Positions 1-8,668 of a stretch of DNA of 15,469 nucleotides are shown in pieces. This DNA comes from a virus. The stretch lies in the UHGV virus genome UHGV-1756799; one strand, written 5' to 3'. How positions within the stretch are numbered: the first letter of the stretch is position 1; every line of letters starts with the position of its first letter. The position numbers were made by a program, and so were the translations under genes. The notes beneath the pieces are model-generated. The model did no database searches. It was not told the DNA's origin and was given only the letters and a program-made list of their open reading frames with translations.

Positions 1-115
1 AGAAAAAATAACGTTCACCACCGACCTCTGTCAGATCGATTTCCCAGAGCACCACCTGGGCTGACTGAGTGAGGCGTGTCGTCTCATGATGTGTTTCCTG
101 TGGAATATCCTGCAT
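1..115 (-). CDS. L: Minor tail protein L, N-terminal 38 codons only (gene continues past the window start)
   Basis: Minus-strand ATG at 115-113 preceded by GGAGG; translation MQDIPQETHHETTRLTQSAQVVLWEIDLTEVGGERYFF closely matches the N-terminus of lambda gpL as I recall it; lies directly after M as in lambda. Confidence 0.85.
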   Translation of the reverse strand, partial: MQDIPQETHHETTRLTQSAQVVLWEIDLTEVGGERYFF

Positions 116-124
116 CAGAGCCTC

Positions 125-454
125 CTATGCCACGACCTGTTCAAAATCTGCCGTTATGGTTACCCACAACGCCCCCACGCTTGCCGACCATTTACGACAA
201 ACCACCCTGATCGGCTTCCAGTCATAAGGTGGCGTCCACTGAAATGCGCGGACGCCACCGTGCCGTTCCAGAAAGGCTTTTAAAGATGGGTGTTCACATT
301 TACGAACACGTATCGTCACGCTGTAAGTCGACAACTGGTTATTCAGTCCCGCCGCACGACGCTGTTCATAACCATCGCCAAGCTTCACTGTCACCACTTT
401 CGGCTCTGATACCACATTCATATCCGGGCGCACTTTCCAGTGAAACGTCTCCAT
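125..454 (-). CDS. M: Minor tail protein M
   Basis: 109-aa ORF, same length as lambda gpM, with recognisable similarity along its length (GDGY, HGG, WTPPY, AxFEQVV motifs); start overlaps the H stop as TAATG. Confidence 0.9.
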   Translation of the reverse strand: METFHWKVRPDMNVVSEPKVVTVKLGDGYEQRRAAGLNNQLSTYSVTIRVRKCEHPSLKAFLERHGGVRAFQWTPPYDWKPIRVVCRKWSASVGALWVTITADFEQVVA

Positions 455-3400
455 TACCGATATGCTCCACTTAACCGACCACCATCACGGGCCTGCTGTT
501 GCATAAAGTCCGCTGCCGCTTTTTTCCCGAGGTCATAAACCGCCTTCAGGGCAGCCGGACCTATCTGCCCGTTCGTGCCATCGTTATTGATCTCGATGTT
601 GTACTGCGGGGAAAACATCGCCATACCTGAACCCCCAATATCCGCCACAACCCCCAGCTTACCGTCAGCACCACGACGCAATGGCAGAATGGCTTCAGGT
701 CCCGCTTCCCCCATCACACCCGCGCCTTTTGCAAAAGCAAAAAACGTCGGACGGTTAACCACCGTGCCACTGTAACGACTCAAATCAGCAGACTGATAAA
801 TCCCCCCATTGGCATTCAGGGAAAGGCTGCTGAGATCAAATCCCAGCACACTGCCAATCCCTTTTATCGATTTCATCATGGTTGCCTGCGCCAGGATTTT
901 CGCCATATCTGACAGCACAGAAGAGGTGAAGGATTTGAAATTGAGTTTGCCGGTAGTGACAAAAGTTGCCAGGCCATTTCCCATGTTGCTGAAGGCTGAC
1001 GAGAACACCTGTTCTGCTGTTCCTGCCGTATTATCTGCATCCACGGTAAAATCCTGAAATGCACGCAGGACTCCGTTTTTCCAGTTACCCTGCACAACTT
1101 CAAGCTGTTGCCAGTAACGGCGATTCTCATTCAGTTGTCGGTTCAGGCTCTCCGTCAGCGCCTGCTCGGCCTTTCTGTAGTCATCCGTGTTATATGTTCC
1201 TTTCTGCTCACTATCCCGCCTCAACTGCTCCAGCTGTTGCTGGTATTTCTGGCGAAGACTCAGTTGTACCTGATATCGCTGCCGCTGCTGATCACCCATA
1301 CCCACCGTGGCGATATCCAGGTCATGTTGCTGACGCTGAGCGCGCTCTTCTTCAGCCAGTTGACTGGTCAGCTGAATTGTTTTTTTCTTCAGCTCGTTGA
1401 GTGCCGTCTGTTTCTGAAGCTCCTGCTGTTTTACATCCAGCAGCGTCAGTGCCTGAATCAGTTCATCTTTACGGGCCAGCACACTCTTTTCATCTGCCGT
1501 CAGTTTTTTCCCGTCCAGGTCGCTGATGCGCTGCTGCAGAGCCAGAAGCTGTTTATGCGCTTCTGTCATCCTTTCCGTGGCAATGCCTGCTGACTGTCTG
1601 GCAGCAGCAATCTGTCCTTCCACCTGTGCCTGTTGCTGACTGTACTGCAGCAATAACCGGGTGGCCTCATCATTACGGGGTTCGCGTGTTTTTTTCTTAC
1701 CGGATGCCAGGGCTTTCTCGTAACGTTCATTTTCACGTTGTATCGCTGCATCCCTGACAGCCTGATCGGCGTACTGCATGGAATTAATACGCGCAATTTC
1801 ACGCTGATGTCGTGCTGCTTCCGTTTCATTCATCCGGTTCAGTGCAGCATTTTCAGCATTACGTCGTTTCTGTTGCTCCTGATAATTCCGCTCTGCCTGC
1901 TCTTTTGCATCCTGCAAATCCTTCTGGCGTTTTTTCTCCTGAAGATCGTTAAGACGCTGCTGATCGTATTCAACCTGAGAAGATGATGCCGTCCAGGGGA
2001 GTCTTTTCGCCCGCGACACTTTCTCCTGTAAAGCGGCAATCTGTTCATCCAGCGAGTCTTCACGACCAATATTCATGGCCGCATCCCAGAAACGACTCCA
2101 CAAATCAGACAGATACTTCAGCGTACTGCCAAGCGCATTGAGGTTATTATCAATATCCGCAGTACGCCGACCGGTTTCCTCTGCCAGTGCAGACATGGCT
2201 ATCCGTGCAGCATCACTGGACCGTCCCTGATCCCCAAGGACACGTATCTGCTCAAGCTGAGTGGCAGTAAGAAAATGCAGCTCATTGTCCAGAGCCTTCG
2301 CGGCATTTACAGGATCATCCTTCAGCCGCTTAAACTGATTTATGGTATCGCTGACCGACTGGCCAACCGATCGCTCCATCTGTGCGGCAGCTCTCGCCAC
2401 CATACCGATATCGTTTCCACGAAATGCACCACTCCCCACCACCTGAGCCAGCGCACCGGCTGCAGCATGTTGCGTGATACCATTCCCGGAAATAGCACGA
2501 CTGAGCGTCCACAGCTGCCCGGCAGTGACTCCGGCATAATGCCCCGTCAGCGACAACTGGCGGTTAAATTCTTCCCCCTCCTTCTGACCGTCATACCAGG
2601 CTTTACCCAGACCATAGACGGACGCGGCAATACCGCCAATAACCCCGCCAAGCATCATGCCTTTCGGTGACATCAGAGTGTCTATCCATCCGGCACGGTT
2701 AGCCAGCGTTATCCCGGATCCCCTCAGCGCCCCTAAATTGCCGCGGGCCAGTTCACCTATCAGAACGCCAATCTCCTGGCGGGCCGCTGCACTTTTCAGA
2801 CCCAGCGAATGCGTGGCTTTTCCTGCCTGCTCCATTTTGCGGATATACACTTCTGCAGCACTGCTTACCCCCAGCTGGGCAGCCTTAGCACGAAGCAACT
2901 CAGAAGAAGAAAGATTCTGGCGGGTTGCCTGCTCTTTAAGCTGACGGATAAACGCCACTTTCTGTCGGGTAGCCTCTTCCTCAGCCTGCGTAAGAACACG
3001 GGTTTTCGCCGTAACCTCAGAAATCAGCGCCAGATAATCCTGCTGACCAATCCCGCCACTGTTTCTGGCCTGTCGGATCTGCTGCTGAATACGCTGTAAT
3101 TCCTGCAGCCCCGCACTGGCCTGTTTCACACTGTCAATCTGACGATAAAACGCGGCAGCCGCTTTATCCTGAGCCTCCGCCAGAGCCATGGCCTGCGCCT
3201 GTTCCTCGCGCATTTTCTGGCTCAGTGCCTCCATACGCTGGCGGGTTTGCTCCACCTCGCGGGCCATGCGTTCATGAGCCTGTGCGCTCTTCTCCACCGT
3301 CTGCGCATGGACGGATGCGGCTGTTGCAGCCGAAGAAGCCGCCTGCATTGTCTGCCGGGCGGCCTGAGTCTGACGCTCCATAAAACGCTGCATACGGGCA

Positions 3401-3519
3401 GAAGACCGTTCTGCATCGCTGGCTGCACCATTCAGAAGGTTTTTGATACGGGGAATTTCATTTTTAAACTCTGCCGCATCAATCCCCAAATCAATGACCA
3501 GGTTGGCTATCTGGTCCAT
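454..3519 (-). CDS. H: Tail tape measure protein (lambda gpH-like), about 1021 aa
   Basis: Very long ORF rich in Q/A/E/R coiled-coil sequence with a Gly-rich hydrophobic segment; the track start at 3549 is TTG, so I chose ATG at 3519 (MDQIANLVIDLGIDAAEF, matching the lambda gpH N-terminal pattern) preceded by GGAGGTG. Confidence 0.9.
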   Translation of the reverse strand: MDQIANLVIDLGIDAAEFKNEIPRIKNLLNGAASDAERSSARMQRFMERQTQAARQTMQAASSAATAASVHAQTVEKSAQAHERMAREVEQTRQRMEALSQKMREEQAQAMALAEAQDKAAAAFYRQIDSVKQASAGLQELQRIQQQIRQARNSGGIGQQDYLALISEVTAKTRVLTQAEEEATRQKVAFIRQLKEQATRQNLSSSELLRAKAAQLGVSSAAEVYIRKMEQAGKATHSLGLKSAAARQEIGVLIGELARGNLGALRGSGITLANRAGWIDTLMSPKGMMLGGVIGGIAASVYGLGKAWYDGQKEGEEFNRQLSLTGHYAGVTAGQLWTLSRAISGNGITQHAAAGALAQVVGSGAFRGNDIGMVARAAAQMERSVGQSVSDTINQFKRLKDDPVNAAKALDNELHFLTATQLEQIRVLGDQGRSSDAARIAMSALAEETGRRTADIDNNLNALGSTLKYLSDLWSRFWDAAMNIGREDSLDEQIAALQEKVSRAKRLPWTASSSQVEYDQQRLNDLQEKKRQKDLQDAKEQAERNYQEQQKRRNAENAALNRMNETEAARHQREIARINSMQYADQAVRDAAIQRENERYEKALASGKKKTREPRNDEATRLLLQYSQQQAQVEGQIAAARQSAGIATERMTEAHKQLLALQQRISDLDGKKLTADEKSVLARKDELIQALTLLDVKQQELQKQTALNELKKKTIQLTSQLAEEERAQRQQHDLDIATVGMGDQQRQRYQVQLSLRQKYQQQLEQLRRDSEQKGTYNTDDYRKAEQALTESLNRQLNENRRYWQQLEVVQGNWKNGVLRAFQDFTVDADNTAGTAEQVFSSAFSNMGNGLATFVTTGKLNFKSFTSSVLSDMAKILAQATMMKSIKGIGSVLGFDLSSLSLNANGGIYQSADLSRYSGTVVNRPTFFAFAKGAGVMGEAGPEAILPLRRGADGKLGVVADIGGSGMAMFSPQYNIEINNDGTNGQIGPAALKAVYDLGKKAAADFMQQQARDGGRLSGAYR

Positions 3520-4218
3520 AACGCACACCTCCGGAAATACCTTCCCCAAGATGCATCAGTTCTTCGTCCGTTCGCTCCGGTATCCCGTTCTCTTCCGGTA
3601 AAAGGCTGAAATCAGCCACCGCAGCATCACTGCTACCGGACACCATTCTCACGATCAATGCCTTCAGCGAGGCAAACTGCGCATCCATCCACACATCACT
3701 GAAGCTCTGCATCCGGAAATAATCGCCCCACTCACCAAGCTCAGTGGCCGACATTTCCGACAGCATCCGCCGCCAGTCTGCCCGCCGGAACTCCCGGGCA
3801 AGCCGCATGACAAACTGCATTTCCCGCGTCAGGACTTTTCCGGCGTCAGCACCTCATGCTCCAAATCCCCGGCATTCTCAATGACTCCCATACCGCTCAG
3901 CGACAGAACCATCTCCGCCCCCGCTCCCAGGGCATCATACGACCATGTTGTAATAACGGATGCGCAAAGCGTCTCAACATCCTGAGACTGTTCCGCATTC
4001 CACAGTGAGCGGGAAACCAGCCAGGCATTGATATCCATCCCCATCCGCAGAAAAGCAATCTGTCGTTCAGCCTCCGGCAGTTCTCCCTCTTCGGCATCAA
4101 ACTTTGCCGTTCGCTGCTGAACAAACGCCAGATATTCAATTCTCTGCAGCCCGGACAGCTCACTGAGCACCACGGACTGCTTTTCATAATTAAACGTGCC
4201 CTGTTTCAGAAACATCAT
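3491..4218 (-). CDS. T: Tail assembly chaperone G-T fusion made by programmed -1 ribosomal frameshift near the end of G
   Basis: The T reading frame (3491-3853) is open and overlaps the 3' end of G in the -1 frame with no credible independent RBS; a slippery-like heptamer GGAAAAG (minus strand, plus coordinates 3835-3841) sits 2 codons before the G stop. G/GT frameshifting is conserved across long-tailed phages. Confidence 0.7.
3829..4218 (-). CDS. G: Tail assembly chaperone G
   Basis: Translation from ATG at 4218 (MMFLKQGTF...SELSGLQRIEYLAF) resembles lambda gpG; strong RBS GGTGGAG upstream; the track start at 4257 is TTG and runs through the V terminator hairpin, so I rejected it. Confidence 0.85.
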   Translation of the reverse strand: MMFLKQGTFNYEKQSVVLSELSGLQRIEYLAFVQQRTAKFDAEEGELPEAERQIAFLRMGMDINAWLVSRSLWNAEQSQDVETLCASVITTWSYDALGAGAEMVLSLSGMGVIENAGDLEHEVLTPEKS

Positions 4219-4231
4219 GTTCTCCACCTGC

Positions 4232-4255
4232 AAAAAAGCCCCGGATAACCGGGGC
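4232..4255 (-). terminator. Intrinsic terminator or attenuator between V and G
   Basis: Minus-strand GCCCCGG-TTAT-CCGGGGC hairpin followed by TTTTTT, immediately after the V stop (4276) and before the G RBS. Confidence 0.6.
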
Positions 4256-4275
4256 AAATGATGAGTATCGTCCTG

Positions 4276-5019
4276 TTAACCTGCGGCGCTGACAGCCACC
4301 GCAGCCACTGCCACAAAATCGCCGTCAGAAGTCATGCCCACAATGCTGACACTGCCCTGCTTCACGCCTTTCACCGTGGCCACAAGCCCGTTCAGGGTCA
4401 CCGTGGCAGTCTGTGGATCTGTCGAATGCACACTGATCGCTTTGTCACTGGCTCCGTCAGGTTTTACTGTAAAGGTCAGCGTGGTGGTTGCTCCCACTTT
4501 TACACTGGCAGATGCCGGTGCCACCGTCAGCCCGGTAACGCTCACTGTTTCAGTGCCTTCCTCTGCCAGATACGGACGCCCCACACCGCTGATTTTCACT
4601 GTGCGGGTCATCACGTCTTTTGAGGCAATGGTTTTACCCAGTGAGCTCAGCCAGCCACGGAAAACATCAACAGTGCCGTTGGGATATTTGATACGAAACG
4701 CGCAGACTTCACCGGAGTCGAACAACTGAACCAGTTTTTTCTGCCCGCTGTCACCCGGACGCCAGGCCAGCGTCGCCGAAGTATCACCGACGGATTTCTG
4801 CCCCTGGGTTGTCGTTTTCCAGTCTGCATCTTCATCATCGAGATAAGTGTCATCTTCTGCATCAGCGGTCATTTCGCCAGGTTGCAGATCCTTCACCATC
4901 GCAAGACGCAGCCAGTCAGTGTCCGATAAAGGGTTCGCAAACGCATCGCCCTTGCCGGTGTACATCCAGAACGTCGTTCCCGCACCTTTCGTTTTTGCCA
5001 GTGGATTTGGTGTGGTCAT
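4276..5019 (-). CDS. V: Major tail protein V with C-terminal Ig-like domain
   Basis: Translation resembles lambda gpV (PNP..KGAGTT, LDDEDADW, FRGW) with a Thr/Val-rich Big_2-like C-terminus; the track start at 5025 is GTG, so I chose ATG at 5019 preceded by AAGGAGGTG. Confidence 0.9.
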   Translation of the reverse strand: MTTPNPLAKTKGAGTTFWMYTGKGDAFANPLSDTDWLRLAMVKDLQPGEMTADAEDDTYLDDEDADWKTTTQGQKSVGDTSATLAWRPGDSGQKKLVQLFDSGEVCAFRIKYPNGTVDVFRGWLSSLGKTIASKDVMTRTVKISGVGRPYLAEEGTETVSVTGLTVAPASASVKVGATTTLTFTVKPDGASDKAISVHSTDPQTATVTLNGLVATVKGVKQGSVSIVGMTSDGDFVAVAAVAVSAAG

Positions 5020-5030
5020 TGCCACCTCCT

Positions 5031-5444
5031 TTAATTCGTGTACGTGATCTGGTACGTGATTTCCGCCATCGCCCAGGTGGCCATCTCATTATCACGTTGA
5101 TAGTTAAAACCGAGAGGGATCAGGGTGTCGATGAGTCCGGAAAGTGCCGGTATATCATTCAGGGCCGGGAAAATGGTGCTCTCCATCCACATATCCAGCT
5201 CTGAATCCGGTGCCTGTGCCCGGATGAAGACAGCAATATGCAGAACAGCCTGCCAGTCATCTTCATCCGTCATTTTTCCGGTGTACTGAGCATCACTCAG
5301 CCACACCGCCACGGCAGGCAGTTCCTGCGCATCAATAAATGCCGGAAGCCCGTCAAAAAACGTGGCGCTGTCTCCACACTGTTCCCGAAGGCGTGCCAGT
5401 ACGGCCTGGCGGATTTGTGTATGTCGGTTCATCGGGTCAGCCAT
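5031..5444 (-). CDS. U: Tail terminator protein U
   Basis: Similar to lambda gpU (ATFFDG.PA..D...PAVAV, DIPALS); the true start may be ATG at 5432 (MNRHTQIRQAVLARL, ATGA overlap with the Z stop) rather than 5444. Confidence 0.85.
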   Translation of the reverse strand: MADPMNRHTQIRQAVLARLREQCGDSATFFDGLPAFIDAQELPAVAVWLSDAQYTGKMTDEDDWQAVLHIAVFIRAQAPDSELDMWMESTIFPALNDIPALSGLIDTLIPLGFNYQRDNEMATWAMAEITYQITYTN

Positions 5445-6007
5445 AACCTCAGTTGTTGTTTCAGTGCATACCCCAGCTGTTTCGGCATTTCCGCAGCAAT
5501 AATGCGGTCGCGGGCATCTTCAAATGCCTGTGTCAGCGGTCCGGACAGCGGGACTTTCACCACATCAATGGGGTAACGATTTTTGCCATCAATACGCCGC
5601 ATCACATGCCAGCGACCATTCGCCAGTTGCTGAATAAACGCATCCCGGAAAAGATATTTACCCACCTTCAGCACACTGCCACGGTACTGCAGTTTTCCAC
5701 CACGCCGGGCCAGTCTGACCCGGGCTGTCCCCAGCTTAATAGCGGGCAGATTGCCCCGGTTAACGCGGATCCTGGCCGTCATTTTTCCTGACGGACTGGC
5801 TTTAAACACCCGGACACGCTGACGTACCAGTTTCAGGGGGATCCCTTTCACCTGGTTATCTCCCGCAACGGTATTCCCGGCAACCTGCCGGGTGGCGACC
5901 GAGACCGCTTTCTGTGCCACACGGTTTATCGCCCATGCGCTGGCCTGTGGCACCATACGGGTATCAAGGCTGTTCAGATTACGGATGGCATTCTCAAGCC
6001 CCTTCAT
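5429..6007 (-). CDS. Z: Tail completion protein Z
   Basis: 192 aa, the same length as lambda gpZ, in the syntenic position; RBS AGAGGTG 5 nt upstream of the ATG. Confidence 0.8.
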   Translation of the reverse strand: MKGLENAIRNLNSLDTRMVPQASAWAINRVAQKAVSVATRQVAGNTVAGDNQVKGIPLKLVRQRVRVFKASPSGKMTARIRVNRGNLPAIKLGTARVRLARRGGKLQYRGSVLKVGKYLFRDAFIQQLANGRWHVMRRIDGKNRYPIDVVKVPLSGPLTQAFEDARDRIIAAEMPKQLGYALKQQLRLWLTR

Positions 6008-6018
6008 CCCACACCTCT

Positions 6019-6294
6019 TTACTCAATAAAGATCATTGGCTTACCGTTAAAACGTTCATGCCGTGTGACCGTCCATTGTTGTCCGTCATAAACAACGCGA
6101 TCCCCGCGCCGTGGGCGGTATCCCGAAGAAAACACCACCAGAGAGACCGCAGGTCCGGACAGAGCATTCAGCTCTGCCAGTGTTTCTCCCGGGATCACAG
6201 TCATATCGACATCATTAATCGAGGCTGTCTTTCCCATCTTTCTGACCGTGATAGCATCCATACGCGCTGCCAGCCGGGAAAAGGGATCAGACAT
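6019..6294 (-). CDS. Head-tail joining protein, lambda FII-like (often annotated in Gifsy-type prophages as ATP-binding sugar transporter-like)
   Basis: 91-aa ORF between the head and tail modules; the RRGD motif and small size resemble gpFII; ATGTCTGA overlap with the upstream gene stop suggests coupling. Assignment is by position and weak resemblance only. Confidence 0.5.
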   Translation of the reverse strand: MSDPFSRLAARMDAITVRKMGKTASINDVDMTVIPGETLAELNALSGPAVSLVVFSSGYRPRRGDRVVYDGQQWTVTRHERFNGKPMIFIE

Positions 6295-6610
6295 TGAGTT
6301 TTACCGGCACTTCTTCTGCACTGGTTCCGGCATCTGCCCAGACAACCCCGACCAGCGGATCAGAGCCGCTGTTAGTCAGCTGAACTTTTCCGGACTTCAG
6401 ATAAACCTTCTTACCCGTTTTCATGTCATCCGTTTTCAGCTTAGGCAGCATAAACACACCTTCGGTCATGCCGTCGCCTGTTTCACCCTGTGGAATATCG
6501 GTCAGCGCCACCGCAAAAACATCGCCCACCTGCACCAGATCTCCGCTGCTGATGGCTGCACTGGCAACAATCGCCACCGTTTTTCCTTCTTCTACAAAAT
6601 TCTTTGCCAT
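6287..6610 (-). CDS. DUF2190-like small head-associated protein (possible decoration or head-completion protein)
   Basis: About 107 aa from ATG at 6610 (MAKNFVEEGKTV...) with RBS GGAGA; the track start at 6655 is TTG and overlaps terminator hairpins. Family assignment is from memory of prophage capsid-adjacent genes. Confidence 0.5.
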   Translation of the reverse strand: MAKNFVEEGKTVAIVASAAISSGDLVQVGDVFAVALTDIPQGETGDGMTEGVFMLPKLKTDDMKTGKKVYLKSGKVQLTNSGSDPLVGVVWADAGTSAEEVPVKLNV

Positions 6611-6653
6611 AACTGTCTCCGCACAGCCCCGTTCAGGGGCTGATTTCAGGTAC

Positions 6654-6673
6654 AAAAAAAGCCCTTACGGGCC
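6654..6673 (-). terminator. Intrinsic terminator downstream of the capsid gene (partial or leaky)
   Basis: Minus-strand GCCC-GTAA-GGGC followed by TTTTTTT, 24 nt after the capsid stop; a second GC hairpin (CAGCCCC-N5-GGGGCTG, 6625-6643) follows. Confidence 0.5.
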
Positions 6674-6696
6674 ATCAGAGTTGTTGTCTGCGACGT

Positions 6697-8655
6697 TTAC
6701 GCCGTACATTTCACCAGACCGCGGTGATCAACTGGCGCGACACCGGCGTCAATACGCACTTTCGTTGTCACGCCATCCACACTGAAGCCCTCCATCTGAT
6801 CAATATATGGCGTATCCACACCGTTGAGATAAGCCACTTCAATCGTATCGGAGCCTTTTGACGCAGCCAGGTAGAAGGTGGTCTGGCTGTTATCATCAAG
6901 ACGAGGCTCTGCAATAACGGTCGCAAAATCTTTCACCGGGTTAATAATACCGGCGTTAATGTCAGCCCCCTTGACACTTGAGGAGCGAATGACCTGGTTA
7001 GCAACAGACTCCATCGCCGTCGGTACCAGTACGAACGCAGGACGAATATTCAGATGACGCTCCCCCTCTTTCTGAACGCGCATCAACTGGCGGGCTTTAT
7101 CCAGCGATGCCACGTCCATTGCAGCGCTCTCCAGTACGTTTGCATGTTTCGCTTTATCGAACAGACTTACATTATCTGTGGAGATTTTCGGGTTAGACGT
7201 CAGAATGGCATAAACCAGATCGGCAATAGTGGATTTCGCCGCACGGCCCAGTTTCATCGGGACATCGGTCAGCATATTCAGATCATCATTGATAATGGCC
7301 TGACGGGTGATACTGAACAGCTCGCCATAGGTCGCCAGTGCAATAGTGGCCTGTTTATCTCCGGTGGTGACGTATTTATATTCCGCCCCTTCACGCACCT
7401 GACGTAGAGCACTGAAGCCCCCCATACCCACACGATGGGCAATTTTAAAATCAGACAACTGACCTTTCCGCGTCCACTGTTCATAGGTTTCAGGGGCATC
7501 TTCCCAGCCCTGCAGAATGGCTTTGTTCGCAACATCCAGCAGAATATTACCGAAGTCAGACGTACTGTGTGTGAACGCCGCACCGACCATCTGCATCGGG
7601 TTATAACCGGAAACCCCAATACCCCGTTCAGTTAGTGACATACGGGCATATTCACGCAGGGTCATCCCGTTGTAGACATTATCACGTTCGGTTTTTTCAA
7701 ATCCGGCACGCGCCATCAGCGCCTGGCGAATCCCGTCCCCCACAAAATTACCGTTACCGGCATAAATATGAGCCGGGGTATTTTTATTGGATGGCGTGGA
7801 CTCGCGCCCCATCTCGTTCAACAGCTTTTCACGGGCCTGCTCCAGCGAACATTCAGGATCGGCAAGACACTGGGCCTGCAGCGTCTGATAACGCCCGCCA
7901 AACATGGCAAACAGATCATTAATACCGTTTACACGCGCTTTTTGCTCTGCCAGTACCTGCGCACGGATACTGTTTTCATCCACCACGGGTGCTGCTGCCT
8001 GCACTGGCGTCCGGGAGGCTGCAGGTTCATCATCCTGTACGCGTGGAGCACTGTTGCGTGGCGGAGTAATCATGTTTCGAATGGATTCCGGCATCTTTTT
8101 AAATTCCTCTGTACGTTTTGACTGAATACATGCCATTGCCTTAACGGCTGGTGTCACCTGATCAGCAAATCCCTGTGCCAGACATTCGGCACCGGACATC
8201 CAGGTCTCATCCGCCAGCATGGCAGCAATTTCATCGGTGGTTTTCCCGGTTTTCTGTGCATAAGCGGGTAACAGAACCGCCTCAACTTTATCGAGCAGGT
8301 CGGCATAGGTGCGCATGTCCTCCGCATCACCGCCCGTAAAGCCAAATGGTTTATGAATCATCATGAAGGAGTTTTCCGGCATAATGACCGGGTTTCCCAC
8401 CATCGCAATGACCGACGCCATTGACGCCGCCACACCGTCGACATAAACGGTAATGGACGCACCATGTGTTTTCAGTGCATTAAAAATGGCGATGCCTTCA
8501 AAGACATCGCCACCCGGTGAATTAATATGGAGATTAATGTGGGTGATATCGCCCAGTGCATTCAGATCACTGATAAACTGCTTCGCTGTAACACCCCAGA
8601 AACCAATCTCGTCATAAATATAAATATCCGCGTCACTCTGGTGACCTGCCTGCAT
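6697..8655 (-). CDS. Prohead protease (ClpP/S49-like) fused to HK97-fold major capsid protein, about 652 aa
   Basis: N-terminal part has ClpP-like sequence (IYIYDEIGFWG...INSPGGDVFEG...MMIHKP); the long C-terminal part looks like a phage major capsid protein; single continuous ORF. The track start at 8916 is TTG and overlaps the portal by 248 nt; I chose ATG at 8655, 13 nt after the portal stop. Confidence 0.8.
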   Translation of the reverse strand: MQAGHQSDADIYIYDEIGFWGVTAKQFISDLNALGDITHINLHINSPGGDVFEGIAIFNALKTHGASITVYVDGVAASMASVIAMVGNPVIMPENSFMMIHKPFGFTGGDAEDMRTYADLLDKVEAVLLPAYAQKTGKTTDEIAAMLADETWMSGAECLAQGFADQVTPAVKAMACIQSKRTEEFKKMPESIRNMITPPRNSAPRVQDDEPAASRTPVQAAAPVVDENSIRAQVLAEQKARVNGINDLFAMFGGRYQTLQAQCLADPECSLEQAREKLLNEMGRESTPSNKNTPAHIYAGNGNFVGDGIRQALMARAGFEKTERDNVYNGMTLREYARMSLTERGIGVSGYNPMQMVGAAFTHSTSDFGNILLDVANKAILQGWEDAPETYEQWTRKGQLSDFKIAHRVGMGGFSALRQVREGAEYKYVTTGDKQATIALATYGELFSITRQAIINDDLNMLTDVPMKLGRAAKSTIADLVYAILTSNPKISTDNVSLFDKAKHANVLESAAMDVASLDKARQLMRVQKEGERHLNIRPAFVLVPTAMESVANQVIRSSSVKGADINAGIINPVKDFATVIAEPRLDDNSQTTFYLAASKGSDTIEVAYLNGVDTPYIDQMEGFSVDGVTTKVRIDAGVAPVDHRGLVKCTA

Positions 8656-8668
8656 CCTGAACCAGGAA

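Noticed and set aside
1108-1593. Plus-strand 161-aa ORF, and many other 60-130 aa ORFs on both strands, inside the tape measure gene region (about 575-3431)
   Set aside because: They lie antisense or out of frame within a long, well-supported tape-measure ORF, have no RBS, and their translations are low-complexity mirror images of the coiled-coil coding sequence.
3491-3820. T as an independently initiated 109-aa gene starting at ATG 3820
   Set aside because: No convincing RBS before that ATG, and the frame is open further upstream overlapping G; the conserved arrangement in lambda-like phages is expression only as a G-T frameshift fusion.
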